Shown here one piece after another: positions 18,590 through 28,622 of a stretch of 64,000 nucleotides of DNA; within the stretch, counting starts at the first letter, position 1, and every line of letters starts with the position of its first letter. Source of the stretch: Dehalococcoidia bacterium (GTDB lineage Bacteria; Chloroflexota; Dehalococcoidia; UBA2979). A model generated the notes under the pieces. The model was not told the origin of the DNA and did no database searches. It saw nothing but the letters and a program-made list of their open reading frames with translations. The translations under genes and the position numbers were made by a program. The DNA lies in NCBI GenBank assembly GCA_963667465.2, contig CAXXDN010000001.1, forward strand, positions 997,921 to 1,061,920, read 5' to 3'.

Positions 18590-19942
18590 TTACGCCACGC
18601 GGCGCAACCTCGGGACGAAGGCGGCTACGCCGAGCGTGAAGACCGCGAGGCCGAACCCGAGCCCGCCGATCGCGGTCTGGATCCCCGTCGCCTCGGCGAT
18701 CAGTCCGACGAAGAACCCGCCGAACAGGACCATCGAGATCTGCGTCATGAAGATCGACATCACGCGCCCCCGATGGGAGTCGTCGACGTAGCTCTGGATG
18801 ATCACCATCGCCATCGCCTGGCGGCCCGCGGTCCAGACGCCGACGACGAACATGAATAGCAGGCCGAGCCATACGACCGAGGTCGAGGCGAACACGGCGA
18901 GCGCGAGGCCGAGCAGGGCCGTGCTGCCGAGCAGCAGCACGCCGCGCCGCCGTGCCGGCAGCGACGCGATGACGAGCGTGGCGAGCAGGGAGCCGGCCCC
19001 GCTCACGGCGGCGAACCATGCCAGCTCGCCCGCGCCGCCGTCGAAGACGTCGGCGACGTAGCCGGGAAGCTGGACCATGTACGGCATCGCGAGGATCGCG
19101 GTCACGAAGTTGAGGATCAGGATCCAGAAGATCACCCGCTGCCGGAAGGAGTAGCGCAGCCCCTCGATCAGATCGTTGAGACCACCCGAGGCCCTGCCGG
19201 CGGGTGGTCCGGGCGCTGCGGGACCTCCCGCGGCGCCGGCGGGCCCGGATTGCAGCGCTCCGGGCTGGCGCGCGCGGACCGGGACGAGCATGAGCAGCGC
19301 CACGGCGTAGCAGCCCGCGATCGTGAGGTAGGCGGAGCCGGGCCCGATCAGCGCGATCACCCCGGCGGCCACCGCGGGGGCCACGAGGCGCATGAAGCTC
19401 ATCCCGGCGGCGTTCAGCGAGACGGCGTTCATCAGCCGCTCCCTGCCCGCCACCTCGGGGACGATCGCCTGGCCCGCCGAGATCGTCAGCGCGAGCACGG
19501 CGCCCTGCACCAGCGCGATGATGAAGAGGTACTGCACGGTGAGCAGGTCGAGCAGCAGCAGGGTTCCAAGCAGGATCGCGAACCCCGCGTTCACCACGTG
19601 CCCGGCCTGCAGGATCCATTTCCTCGGTACGCGGTCGGCCAGGACACCGCCGAAGACCGAGAGCAGCAGCATCGGCACGGCGCTTGCGAGGCCGACGACG
19701 CCGATCGCCGCGAAGGAGCCCGTGAGGTCGTACGCCACGTAGCTGCGCATCAGGATCTGCATCTGGATCGCGGCCATCTGCCCGAGCGTGGACGCGAACA
19801 GCCAGCGGAACTCGACCTGCTTCAGCGAGTCGAAGGTGCGGAGGGAGAGCCGTCGGCCGCGGCGCGCCGGGGCGGGCGCGGCCGTGGCGGCCGGCCCACT
19901 GGGCGGCGAGGGCGGGGACGGCTGCGGACCGGCAGCGGTCAT
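18590..19942 (-). CDS. MFS transporter (MFS_3-like)
   Basis: FRWLF, GGVLADRVPRK, HRGRVMSI. ATG at 19942. Confidence 0.88.
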   Translation of the reverse strand: MTAAGPQPSPPSPPSGPAATAAPAPARRGRRLSLRTFDSLKQVEFRWLFASTLGQMAAIQMQILMRSYVAYDLTGSFAAIGVVGLASAVPMLLLSVFGGVLADRVPRKWILQAGHVVNAGFAILLGTLLLLDLLTVQYLFIIALVQGAVLALTISAGQAIVPEVAGRERLMNAVSLNAAGMSFMRLVAPAVAAGVIALIGPGSAYLTIAGCYAVALLMLVPVRARQPGALQSGPAGAAGGPAAPGPPAGRASGGLNDLIEGLRYSFRQRVIFWILILNFVTAILAMPYMVQLPGYVADVFDGGAGELAWFAAVSGAGSLLATLVIASLPARRRGVLLLGSTALLGLALAVFASTSVVWLGLLFMFVVGVWTAGRQAMAMVIIQSYVDDSHRGRVMSIFMTQISMVLFGGFFVGLIAEATGIQTAIGGLGFGLAVFTLGVAAFVPRLRRVA

Positions 19943-20048
19943 CGCCGGCAGCCCGCCCAACTGCAGGAGGCGAGCACAGCCGGCGCCCGCTCTTGCGTGT
20001 CCGAGTCTAGCAGCGGGCGGGCGCCTGACGGCGCGCCGCCGCCGCGTC

Positions 20049-22340
20049 TCAAATCTCGCCGAGCGCCTCGAGCACGCGCTCGGGGCTGAGCGGGAGGTGC
20101 CGCATCCGCACGCCAGTGGCGTCGTGCAGCGCGTTTGCGATGGCGCCGAGCGGCGGCACGATCGGCACCTCGCCCACACCGCGCACGCCGTACGGGTGTC
20201 CGGGGTTCGGCACCTCGATGAGCACCGTTTCGACCATCGGCAGGTCGACGGTGGTCGGCATGCGGTAGTCGAGCAGGCTCGCATTCCGCAGCCGGCCGTC
20301 CTCGTCGTAGATGTACTCCTCGCTGAGCGCCATGCCCGCGCCCTGCGAGGCGCCGCCCTGCATCTGGCCCTCGACATAAGAGGGATGCACGGCTGTGCCC
20401 ACGTCCTGCACCGTCGTGTAGCGCAGGATGTCGACTTTCCCCGTCGCCGGGTCGACCTCGACGTCGACGATGTGCCCGGCGAAGCTCGGCCCCCACGTCG
20501 TCTCGTTCGAGTCGGCCTGGGCGGCGATGTTGCCGCCCGTCCCCGGCAGCTGGCCGGCAAGCTCCCTGAACGTGAAGGAGCGCGCGTTGCCGTCCTCGTC
20601 CGGCGGTCCGTGGATCGTGGCGTCCTCGCGGTACTCGACCTCCTGCGCGGGCACGTCCCAGATTCTCGCCGCGCGCCCCTGCAGCTTGCCCTGCAGCTCC
20701 TGCGCCAGCTTGTAGACGGCCCAGCCGGTCTTGAACGTCGTCGCCGATCCCGCCGTGAGGCCCGTGTAGCCGATCGATTCCGTGTCGACGACGTGCGGGC
20801 GCACGTCCTCGTAGGGGATGCCCATCGCCTCGGCCATGTGCATCGCGAGCGAGGCGCGCTGTCCGCCGATGTCGACCGAGCCGACGATCAGGCTCACGGT
20901 GCCGTCGGCGTTGATGCTGGCGGTGGCGGTTCCCTCGCCGCCGCCGTTGTACCAGTAGCCGATCGCCACGCCGCGGCCCTGGTATTCGCCGCCGAGCTCG
21001 GAGCGGTAGTGCTCGGAGTTGCGCACCGCCTCCATCACGTCGACCGCGCCGATCTTCGGGAAGGCGCGGCCGTCGAGGACGCGCGTGCCCTCGCGCGCGG
21101 CGTTGCGGAGCCGCAGCTCCATCGGCTCGATGCCCAGCTCCTCGGCGATCTCGTCGAGCACGGATTCGACGGCGAGGGTCGGCTGGCAGGCGCCGGGTGC
21201 GCGGTAGGAGGAGACCTTCGGCTTGTTGAGCACCACGTCGTAGCCATCGACGCGTTCGTTGGGGATGTCGTACGGGCCGAACACCGTCATGCAGCCACCG
21301 GCCACGGGCGAGGGCGGGTGCGAGCCCGCCTCGTAGGCGAGTTCCGCCTCCCCGGCCAGCAGGGCGCCGTCGCGCTTCGCGCCGATCTTGACGCGCACGT
21401 AGGTACCCGAGGTCGGCCCGGTTGCCGTCAGCACCTCCTCGCGGGAGAGCGTGACCTTCACCGGCCGTCCCGTGCGCTGCGAGAACAGCGCCGCGATCGG
21501 CTCCACGTACATGTAGAGCTTCCCGCCGAAGCCGCCGCCGATCTCGGTCGGCACGACGGTGATGTGCGCGGTCGGGATCTGCAGGATCACGGCGAGTTGG
21601 TCGCGGAAGTTGAACGCGCCCTGGCTGCTCGCCCAGACCGTGAGCTTCCCGTCGGGGCTCCAGTCGGCGACCGCACTCTGAGGCTCGATGTAGCCCTGGT
21701 GCGCCATGCCGGTGCGGAACTCGCGCTCGATCACGATGTCCGAGTCCTCGAAGCCCTGGTCCGGGTCACCCTTCTCGAGTGGCATGTGGCTGACGACGTT
21801 CGAGGGGTTGTCGTTGATCGGAGCGCCGGGCATGCCCCGCCCGAGCATCGTCACCGTGCGCAGCTCCTCGTGAAGGATCGGCGCGCCGTCGGCCATCGCC
21901 TCGAGCACGTCGAGGACGGGTGGCAGCGGCTCGTACTCGACCTCGATCAGGTCGAGCGCGTCCTCGGCGATGTGCGGGTCGGTCGCGCAGACGGCGGCGA
22001 CGGCGTGGCCGTAGTGCAGCACCTTGTCCGAGGCCATGATCATGTCCTGGAACCACTTGCGCGTCGTGTGTCCGCGCATCGTGCGGATCATCTCCTCGCG
22101 ATCGCCGGGGAAGTCCGCCGCCGTGATCACCGACTGGACGCCGGGCAGCGCCTCGGCCTTCGAGGTGTCGATCGAGAGGATCCGGGCGTGCCCGTGGGGG
22201 CTGCGCTTGAGGCGGCCGTAGAGCATCCCCGGCAGCCGCGTGTCGGCGCTGTAGCCGGCGCGCCCCGTCACCTTCTCGACGCCGTCCGGGCGCACCGGCC
22301 GTGTCCCCACCACTCGATGCGAGCGTTGTGCAGTCGTCAT
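20049..22340 (-). CDS. Xanthine dehydrogenase family molybdopterin-binding large subunit (standalone)
   Basis: DGVEKVTGRA, HQGYIEP, IGGGFGGK, SYRAPG, GQMQGG, GVRGVGE. Confidence 0.92.
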   Translation of the reverse strand: MTTAQRSHRVVGTRPVRPDGVEKVTGRAGYSADTRLPGMLYGRLKRSPHGHARILSIDTSKAEALPGVQSVITAADFPGDREEMIRTMRGHTTRKWFQDMIMASDKVLHYGHAVAAVCATDPHIAEDALDLIEVEYEPLPPVLDVLEAMADGAPILHEELRTVTMLGRGMPGAPINDNPSNVVSHMPLEKGDPDQGFEDSDIVIEREFRTGMAHQGYIEPQSAVADWSPDGKLTVWASSQGAFNFRDQLAVILQIPTAHITVVPTEIGGGFGGKLYMYVEPIAALFSQRTGRPVKVTLSREEVLTATGPTSGTYVRVKIGAKRDGALLAGEAELAYEAGSHPPSPVAGGCMTVFGPYDIPNERVDGYDVVLNKPKVSSYRAPGACQPTLAVESVLDEIAEELGIEPMELRLRNAAREGTRVLDGRAFPKIGAVDVMEAVRNSEHYRSELGGEYQGRGVAIGYWYNGGGEGTATASINADGTVSLIVGSVDIGGQRASLAMHMAEAMGIPYEDVRPHVVDTESIGYTGLTAGSATTFKTGWAVYKLAQELQGKLQGRAARIWDVPAQEVEYREDATIHGPPDEDGNARSFTFRELAGQLPGTGGNIAAQADSNETTWGPSFAGHIVDVEVDPATGKVDILRYTTVQDVGTAVHPSYVEGQMQGGASQGAGMALSEEYIYDEDGRLRNASLLDYRMPTTVDLPMVETVLIEVPNPGHPYGVRGVGEVPIVPPLGAIANALHDATGVRMRHLPLSPERVLEALGEI

Positions 22341-22446
22341 GCCTCACCTCACTCCGTTGCGCGCGAAACAAAGCCAATGCCGAGACTGTACCGCGCCGCC
22401 GACCCGCGTGGGCGCGTGCCTCGGGGCTGCGAGGGCGGCTGCCGGC

Positions 22447-22643
22447 CAGAAGCGCTCGATCACCTCGTTGGCGATCCGCTCCAGCTCGCGCTTCGCCTCG
22501 TCGAGGTCGGGCTCGGCGAACGAAAAGTGGATCCGCGTTGCGCCGCGCTCGGCGACGCGCCGGACAGATTCGAGGTCAGGCGCGGCGCCCATGCGCAGCT
22601 CGGTCGCCGCCTCGTCGCGGCCGGCGGTGGCCGCCGCCTCGCG
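22447..22643 (-). pseudogene. C-terminal relic of an LLM-class oxidoreductase
   Basis: REAAATAGRDEAATEL...DLDEAKRELERIANEVIERF resembles LLM C-termini in this window (HGRDPADFE...VERFAEEVMRP). N-terminal barrel missing. Confidence 0.55.
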
Positions 22644-22718
22644 CCGCGGGTGCCGCGGGCGCGCAGGCGTCATACTGCGGGGCGAGGGCGCGGCGCCCGG
22701 AAGGCGAGGGCAGGCGGC

Positions 22719-23330
22719 ATGACCTCTCTGATCATCGTCAGCGACTTCATCTGACCGTGGTGCTACGTCGGCCTCGTGGAGGTCGAGAAGCTGCGGCGCG
22801 AGTACGAGCTGGAGGTCCAGTGGTGGCCGTTCCTGCTCGACGACTCGATTCCTCCCGAGGGCCGTGAGCGCGAGCCGCGTACGAAGCCGGACGACCCGCC
22901 GACGCAGCTGGAGCTACGGGGCGAGCAGGTCGGCATCGCGTTCCGCCGCGGGCGCAGGTTCACGCCGAATTCGCACCTCGCCCTCGAGACCGCCGAGTAC
23001 GCGCAGGAGATCGGCCACGACAGCGACGGGCTGCACCGCGCGCTCTTCGCCGCGCACTTCGAGGGCGAGGCGGACATCGGGGACCTCGAGACGCTGATCG
23101 AGATCGGCGGCGAACAGGGGCTCGACCGCGCTGAGCTGCGCGCGGTGCTGACGGAGGGGCGCTACCGTGCGCAGGTGGACGAGCGCATCGCGATCGCCCG
23201 CGAGATCGGCGTGCGTGGCGTTCCGATGTTCATCTTCAACGAGCGCGATGCCGTCGTCGGCGCCCAGGAGTACGCCGTCTTCGAGCAGGTGCTGGAGCAA
23301 CTCGAGGCACCCCGGCGCAACGGCGAGTGA
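22719..23330 (+). CDS. DsbA/FrnE-family thiol-disulfide oxidoreductase, selenoprotein (U12, UPWC)
   Basis: ATG 22719 reads MTSLIIVSDFI-TGA(22752-54)-PWCYVG, in frame with track ORF 22776..23330. UGA sits at the first Cys of the CPWC motif and a GVP cis-Pro motif is present. Confidence 0.88.
22762..22791 (+). promoter_or_regulatory. Putative bacterial SECIS hairpin of the DsbA-like selenoprotein
   Basis: TCGGCCTC-GTG-GAGGTCGA stem (one G.U) with a lower GCT/AGC stem. Loop GTG starts 21 nt after the UGA. Confidence 0.65.
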
Positions 23331-23339
23331 GGCGCGCTG

Positions 23340-24566
23340 CTACTCGATCTTGCGCAGCGTCGACGAGCGCGCCAGCAGCGCCAGCGAGAGCAGCACGAGG
23401 GCGATGCCGGCGGCCGCGAATGTGGCCCGGGGGCCGTAGATGCTCGTCGCGATGCCCATCCCGAACAGCAGCAGCTGCGTGATGTTGAACTCCATCATGT
23501 AGATGCTCATCACGCGCCCTCGATGCGTGTTGCCGGCGAGGGTCTGCACGAGCACGTTCATCAGCCCGAGGTAGCCCGCCTGCCCGACGCCCACGAAGAG
23601 GATGATCACCAGCGACAGCCAGAACGTGGTCGAGGCGGCGAAGACAACCAGCGAGACGCCGAGCAGGACCGCGCTCGCCAGCATCAGCACGCCCCGGTTG
23701 CGGTTGGGGAGCGACGCCACGGTCAGCGATCCTACCACCGCCCCGACTCCCGAGACGCTGGTCAGCAGCCCGAGCTGCCCCGGACCGGCATCGAGCACCT
23801 CCTTGGCGAATCCGGGCAGCAGCACGAAGTGGCCGAGGCCCAGCAGGGCGAAGATCGGGTTGCAGATCAGCAGCACCGCGAGCGGCCGGTGTCCGGCCAC
23901 GAAGCGGAAGCCGTCGGCCAGATCGCCGCGCAGCGAGGCGAGGGAGCGCGCTCGCGGCGTGCGGTCCGGGACGCGCACCGGGAACATGGTCACAACGGAG
24001 ACCGCGTAGATGGTGAAGATCAGCACGTAGACGTAAGCCGCGCCGCCGATCGTGCCCGGGTCGCTGAGGACGCCGACCATCCCGCCGGCGAGGCCGGGCA
24101 TGAGCAGCTTCGCCGCGTTCTGGCTCGTGCTGTAGAGGCCCATCGCGTTCATCAGGCGCGCGGGCCCCACGACGTCCGGCGTCAGCGCCTGCCTCGAGGG
24201 CATCGTGAGGTTGTTGGACCCGCCGTGCAGCGCTGCCGCGATCAGCACGTGCTCCACGCGCAGCAGGTCACCGAACACCAACAGCGCCAGTACGAGCGCG
24301 TTCACCCCGCTCAGCGCCTGCCCGATCTGCACGACGTGCTTGCGCTGCCGCACGAGGTCCGCGACCACCCCGCCGACCAGCGCCAGCAGCAGCCCCGTCA
24401 TGCCGTTGATCAGCGACATCAGACCGAGCGCCGCGAACGAGTCCGTCAGCTCGAAGACCAGCCAGCCCCGCATGAACTGCTGCATGTCATTCGAGGTGAA
24501 CCCCGTGAAGATCGAGGTCAGGAACCAGCGAAAGTTGCGGTCGTCCAGGGAACGGAACGTTCGCAA
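23340..24566 (-). CDS. MFS transporter (MFS_3-like)
   Basis: FRSLDDRNFRWF, GGVVAD, HRGRVMSIY. Start codon (TTG) uncertain. Confidence 0.85.
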   Translation of the reverse strand: MRTFRSLDDRNFRWFLTSIFTGFTSNDMQQFMRGWLVFELTDSFAALGLMSLINGMTGLLLALVGGVVADLVRQRKHVVQIGQALSGVNALVLALLVFGDLLRVEHVLIAAALHGGSNNLTMPSRQALTPDVVGPARLMNAMGLYSTSQNAAKLLMPGLAGGMVGVLSDPGTIGGAAYVYVLIFTIYAVSVVTMFPVRVPDRTPRARSLASLRGDLADGFRFVAGHRPLAVLLICNPIFALLGLGHFVLLPGFAKEVLDAGPGQLGLLTSVSGVGAVVGSLTVASLPNRNRGVLMLASAVLLGVSLVVFAASTTFWLSLVIILFVGVGQAGYLGLMNVLVQTLAGNTHRGRVMSIYMMEFNITQLLLFGMGIATSIYGPRATFAAAGIALVLLSLALLARSSTLRKIE

Positions 24567-24629
24567 CCGGCCTCGCTCGCGCGCGTCGATGGCCGGCCCC
24601 CGTTCAGCGTCCCCGCGCCACGCCTGGCG

Positions 24630-25439
24630 CTACGCGCTGCTCTGCTCGAGGTAGTCCAACTCCTCGCGGATCCGCGCGGCGCGCTCCTCGATCCGGCCGC
24701 GCGAGTCGAGGTCCGTGAACAGGTAGCCGGCGTTGCGCAGGATCGCGTCGACGACCATCGCGCCGACCTCGGCGGGTTGCTGCCGGTGGTCGCGCGCGGG
24801 CGTGTCCATCGTCTTGTGCGGGCCGAAGCGCTCGGGGCGGTTGCGCTGGGCCTCGTAGAGGCGCGTCTGCACCGGGCCGGGGCAGACCGCCGTGACGCCG
24901 ATCTCGTCGTCCGCCAGCTCCGCGCGCAGCACCTCCGTGAACCCGATCGCGGCCCCCTTCGAGGCGGTGTAGATCCCCATCTCGCCATCGAGCCGCGGCG
25001 CGACGGGCGCCATCGAGACGGTGTTGACGATGTGCGCGGGCGCGTTCGCGCGCAGGTGCGGCAGGAACGCCCGCACGCCGCGCACCATGCCATGCACGTT
25101 CACGTCGAAGAGCCAGGACCAGTCGGCCTCGGTCGCCTCCGCCAGCGGCCCCAGCGTCATCACTCCGGCGTTGTTCACCAGCACGTGGACGGAGCCGAAC
25201 GCCTCGATCGTGGCCTCGGCGAGGCTCTCGAGGTCGCCGGCGTCGGTCACGTCGGTGCGCCGGGCGATCGCCGGGTGGCCGGCGTCCCTGAGCACGGCTG
25301 CGACTGCTTCCGCCGCCAACCCCTCGATGTCCGCGACGACGAGGCGAGCGCCTGCCTCGGCGAGCGCCTCCGCGATACCGCGGCCGATTCCGCTTCCACC
25401 GCCCGTCACGACGGCGACCTTCCCGCGTAGCTCGTCCAT
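24630..25439 (-). CDS. Short-chain dehydrogenase/reductase
   Basis: TGGGSGIG, NNAGV, YTASK. Confidence 0.92.
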   Translation of the reverse strand: MDELRGKVAVVTGGGSGIGRGIAEALAEAGARLVVADIEGLAAEAVAAVLRDAGHPAIARRTDVTDAGDLESLAEATIEAFGSVHVLVNNAGVMTLGPLAEATEADWSWLFDVNVHGMVRGVRAFLPHLRANAPAHIVNTVSMAPVAPRLDGEMGIYTASKGAAIGFTEVLRAELADDEIGVTAVCPGPVQTRLYEAQRNRPERFGPHKTMDTPARDHRQQPAEVGAMVVDAILRNAGYLFTDLDSRGRIEERAARIREELDYLEQSSA

Positions 25440-25519
25440 GGCTCAGTCCCCCACTACCGAGTGCGGCGACGGTACCACGCGGCCACGGCCGGCATTCGCG
25501 GCCGTGGTGGGGTGGACCG

Positions 25520-26710
25520 CTAGATCCGGAAGCGCCGGTCCACACCGCTGCGGCGCAACCGCAACTGCTCCCGCCGGCCCGCCTCGTCGATGCGTCGCGC
25601 GCCGTCCGGGAGTATCGAGGGCAGGTCGGCGAGCTTGACCAGCCTCGTGGCGGGGGTGGGCTGCGAATCGGCCTGCATCCAGCGCAGGCCGATGTGCCCC
25701 TCGCAGTGCCCGTCCGTGGCCAGCCAGTTGGGGACGCCCGGATCGTCGTGCGCGACGACGAGGATCACGGAGCCGTCCTCCTCCAGCACGGCCTGCGTGC
25801 CGTTGATGCTGGAGAGGTGGTAGCGGTAGTCGATCGAGGTCATCCAGTAGGTGTTCAGCTCGAAGTTCCAGTAGGAGCACTCCGGGGGCGTGAACTCGAT
25901 CAGCAGCGCCTCGTCCGGTTGCACCATGAAGTAGACGTGCTGTGGCAGCCCGCCGGGGGCGGCTCCGAGCTTGCGTGCCGTGGGCGATTCGAGGAAGCGG
26001 TTGGGCTGGGCGCGGTAGTGCTCCTGCCAGCCGCGCCAGTAGTCGACGGTCTCGTACACCTCCTCGACGGCCGCCTCCAGGCCCTCGGCGAGGCGCTCCG
26101 GCGTGAGCCGCGGCGGCGCGCCCTCGGCGCCGACGCGCTCGATCCGTACGGTCATCGGCTGCTCGCCCACCCAGTCGCCGAAGAACTGGCGGACCCAGAC
26201 CTTGTCGACGTCCGGTGTGCTGCGGACCCAGTTGCCGGGCTGCGGCTCCGGGCCGACCGTGACGACGAAGCTCCCGTCCCACGCCGTCTCCAGTTCGTCG
26301 CCGAGCAGCCGCCCGACCTCGGCCGACTCGCCCTCCGGCACCGACTCCGCGGGGCGGGCGGTGGAGAAGGCGACGAAGTGCGCGCCGCCGCGGTTGCCGA
26401 CCAGCCGGTAGGTCTCGCTGCCGTCGATGACACCGAGGAAGTAGACGCAGTCCGGGTTATCGCCGCCACGCTTGCGGTTGGGCCCCATCATGCGGAAGAG
26501 CTGCGGGTACAGCGGGTCGGCGTGCTCGATCCCGATGTCGAGCCCGGCCGCGATGTTGCGCGCGACGTACTGGAGGCCGACCGCACGCTCGAGGGGCGTC
26601 GCGGGCGAGGGGTCAGCGAAGACAAGCTCGCCGACATCCTTGAGGCGGTCGCAGAAGGCGTGCCAGGCGGTCCTCAGCGCCTCGTCGTGTTCGGTGTCGC
26701 CGTACGCCAT
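25520..26710 (-). CDS. DUF1214-like protein of unknown function
   Basis: AWHAFCDRL, GGDNPDCVY, YWNFEL, VAHDDPGVPNWL, HCEG..LRW pattern. Confidence 0.75.
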   Translation of the reverse strand: MAYGDTEHDEALRTAWHAFCDRLKDVGELVFADPSPATPLERAVGLQYVARNIAAGLDIGIEHADPLYPQLFRMMGPNRKRGGDNPDCVYFLGVIDGSETYRLVGNRGGAHFVAFSTARPAESVPEGESAEVGRLLGDELETAWDGSFVVTVGPEPQPGNWVRSTPDVDKVWVRQFFGDWVGEQPMTVRIERVGAEGAPPRLTPERLAEGLEAAVEEVYETVDYWRGWQEHYRAQPNRFLESPTARKLGAAPGGLPQHVYFMVQPDEALLIEFTPPECSYWNFELNTYWMTSIDYRYHLSSINGTQAVLEEDGSVILVVAHDDPGVPNWLATDGHCEGHIGLRWMQADSQPTPATRLVKLADLPSILPDGARRIDEAGRREQLRLRRSGVDRRFRI

Positions 26711-26731
26711 CGCCGTCGCCTTCCGCAGTGC

Positions 26732-27964
26732 TCAGCGCGTCTTGACGAACTCGTCGATGAGCCCGTGGATCTGCTCGATGTCGTCGGTCGGCACGGCGTG
26801 GCTCATTGGCAGGATGAGGCCGTACTCCATGACCCGGTCGGCGTTCGGGTAGCCCTCGGGCGCGGCCTTGTGCGGGGTGTCCTTGAAGGCCGGTTGGCGG
26901 AGGATGTTGCCGGACCAGACCATGCGCGTCTGGACGCCGTTCGCCTCCATGTACTGCTGGAAGTCGGCGCGGCTGAAGCCCGCATCCTCGCGGATCATCA
27001 GCGGGTAGGAGATCCAGCTCGTCTTCAGATCCTCCAGCTGGCGCGCCGGGACGAAGCGTTCCCGGATGCGCTCGAGGTTGAAGAAGTCCGTGTGCATGTC
27101 GAAGCGCCGCTTCCGCGCCTGGTAGAACTCCTCGAGCCTGCCGAGCTGCACGAGCCCGAACGCCGCGTGCATCTCCGACGGCTCGAAGTTCCAGCCGACC
27201 TCGTCGAAGATGAAGTAGGTGTCGTAGGGGATGCCGTCGATCACGGCCTCGAAGCGGTCGCCGGAGCCCTGCTTCGAGCCGAACATCTGGACCTCGGAGG
27301 TGCGGCCCCAGCGGCGCAGCAGCAGCGCGCGGTCCCACTCCTCCTCGCTGTTGACGGCGACGAGGCCGCCGCTGCCGCCGCTGGTGATGATGTGCGAGCG
27401 CGCGAAGCTCGTCATGCTGATATCGGTCCAGGTGCCGGTCGTCTTGCCGCGCAGCTCGGCGCCGAGCGTGTCCGCCGAGTCCTCGACCACCTTGAGGTCG
27501 TGACGGTCCGCGATCTCACGGATCCGCTCCCAGTCCGGCGCGTTGCCGATCAGGTTCGGGATCAGCATCGCGCGCGTGTTGGGCGTGATCAGTTCCTCGA
27601 TCTTGTCGACGTCGATGTTGTAGGTGTCGAACTCGACGTCGACGTAGGAGGCGACGTGCCCGCCGCGCACGATCGGCGCGAAGGTGGCGGAGAAGCTGAC
27701 GACCGAGGTGATGATCTCGCTCCCCGGCGGCAGGTCGAGCAGCTCGACGGCGAGGTAGAGCGCCGAGGTGCCGGAGTTCGTCATCACGCCGTACTTCTTG
27801 TCGAACATCGCCGCGACGCGCTGCTCCATCTCGCGCACGCGCGGGCCCACCTGCAGCTCGGGCTCGGTGCGAAGCGCCTCGACGACGGCGGCGATCTCTT
27901 CCTCGCCGTAGATCGGGTTCGTGTAGCGGACCGAGTACTGGCTCTCCTGGCTCTCGTCTGGCAT
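26732..27964 (-). CDS. DegT/DnrJ/EryC1/StrS family PLP/PMP enzyme with His at the Schiff-base Lys position (RfbH/ColD-like)
   Basis: NSGTSAL, PNLIGN, VEDSADTLGA, SFARSHIITSGGSGG, GWNF. ATG at 27964. Confidence 0.85.
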   Translation of the reverse strand: MPDESQESQYSVRYTNPIYGEEEIAAVVEALRTEPELQVGPRVREMEQRVAAMFDKKYGVMTNSGTSALYLAVELLDLPPGSEIITSVVSFSATFAPIVRGGHVASYVDVEFDTYNIDVDKIEELITPNTRAMLIPNLIGNAPDWERIREIADRHDLKVVEDSADTLGAELRGKTTGTWTDISMTSFARSHIITSGGSGGLVAVNSEEEWDRALLLRRWGRTSEVQMFGSKQGSGDRFEAVIDGIPYDTYFIFDEVGWNFEPSEMHAAFGLVQLGRLEEFYQARKRRFDMHTDFFNLERIRERFVPARQLEDLKTSWISYPLMIREDAGFSRADFQQYMEANGVQTRMVWSGNILRQPAFKDTPHKAAPEGYPNADRVMEYGLILPMSHAVPTDDIEQIHGLIDEFVKTR

Positions 27965-28126
27965 GGGGACGGCCCTTCTGCCGCGTGCGCGGCCGACCTG
28001 CAGGGGAACGCATGCTAGCGGTCTCGCGACGGGCCGCGCTACAACCGTGATGGCGCTCACCGCCCACGCGCCGGGCAGTATGCTGGCCCCGCAGCGGTAC
28101 GGCCGCCGGCAGGCGAGGAGACGGCG

Positions 28127-28576
28127 ATGGCGCTGACACTCGAGGACCGCGAGGCAATCCGCGACCTGTTCGCGCGCCAGAACCTCGCCTACGACCGCCG
28201 CCAGGCCGAGCGGACGGCCGCGATGTTCACCGAGGACGGCGTCCTGGAGCTGATCGGCCCGGACTGGGCGTTCCGCCACGAGGGGCGCGAAGGCCTCGAG
28301 ACGTACATGCGCCGTCTCTTCGAGGTGACCGGCGACGACTACCGCCACTGGACGAACAGCCTCGCAATCGAGGCCGTCGAGGGCGCGCCGGACGAGGCGC
28401 GCGTCGAGTGCTACATCGCCGCGTGGGGGATGTCGGACGGACTGCTGCGCCTCGCGGGTCGCTACTTCGACCGCCTGCGCAAGGTCGACGGCGAGTGGAA
28501 GTTCGCGCACCGGCGCTACGAAAGCGAGTGGATGCACCCGGGTCAGGGCGTCGTGCGCGATCAACTGAGCGAGTAG
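28127..28576 (+). CDS. SnoaL/NTF2-like protein
   Basis: EDREAIRDL, FTEDG, RHWTN, GRYFDRLRKVDGEWKFAHR. Confidence 0.88.
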   Translation: MALTLEDREAIRDLFARQNLAYDRRQAERTAAMFTEDGVLELIGPDWAFRHEGREGLETYMRRLFEVTGDDYRHWTNSLAIEAVEGAPDEARVECYIAAWGMSDGLLRLAGRYFDRLRKVDGEWKFAHRRYESEWMHPGQGVVRDQLSE

Positions 28577-28622
28577 CGCGCAGGGTCCGCGCGCCAGCGC
28601 CAGCTTCGAGGGAGCCGAAGCC

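Noticed and set aside
24550-24562. GAAC-GGAAC-GTTC resembling an SOS box
   Set aside because: Spacer is 5 nt rather than 4, and it lies inside an MFS gene start.
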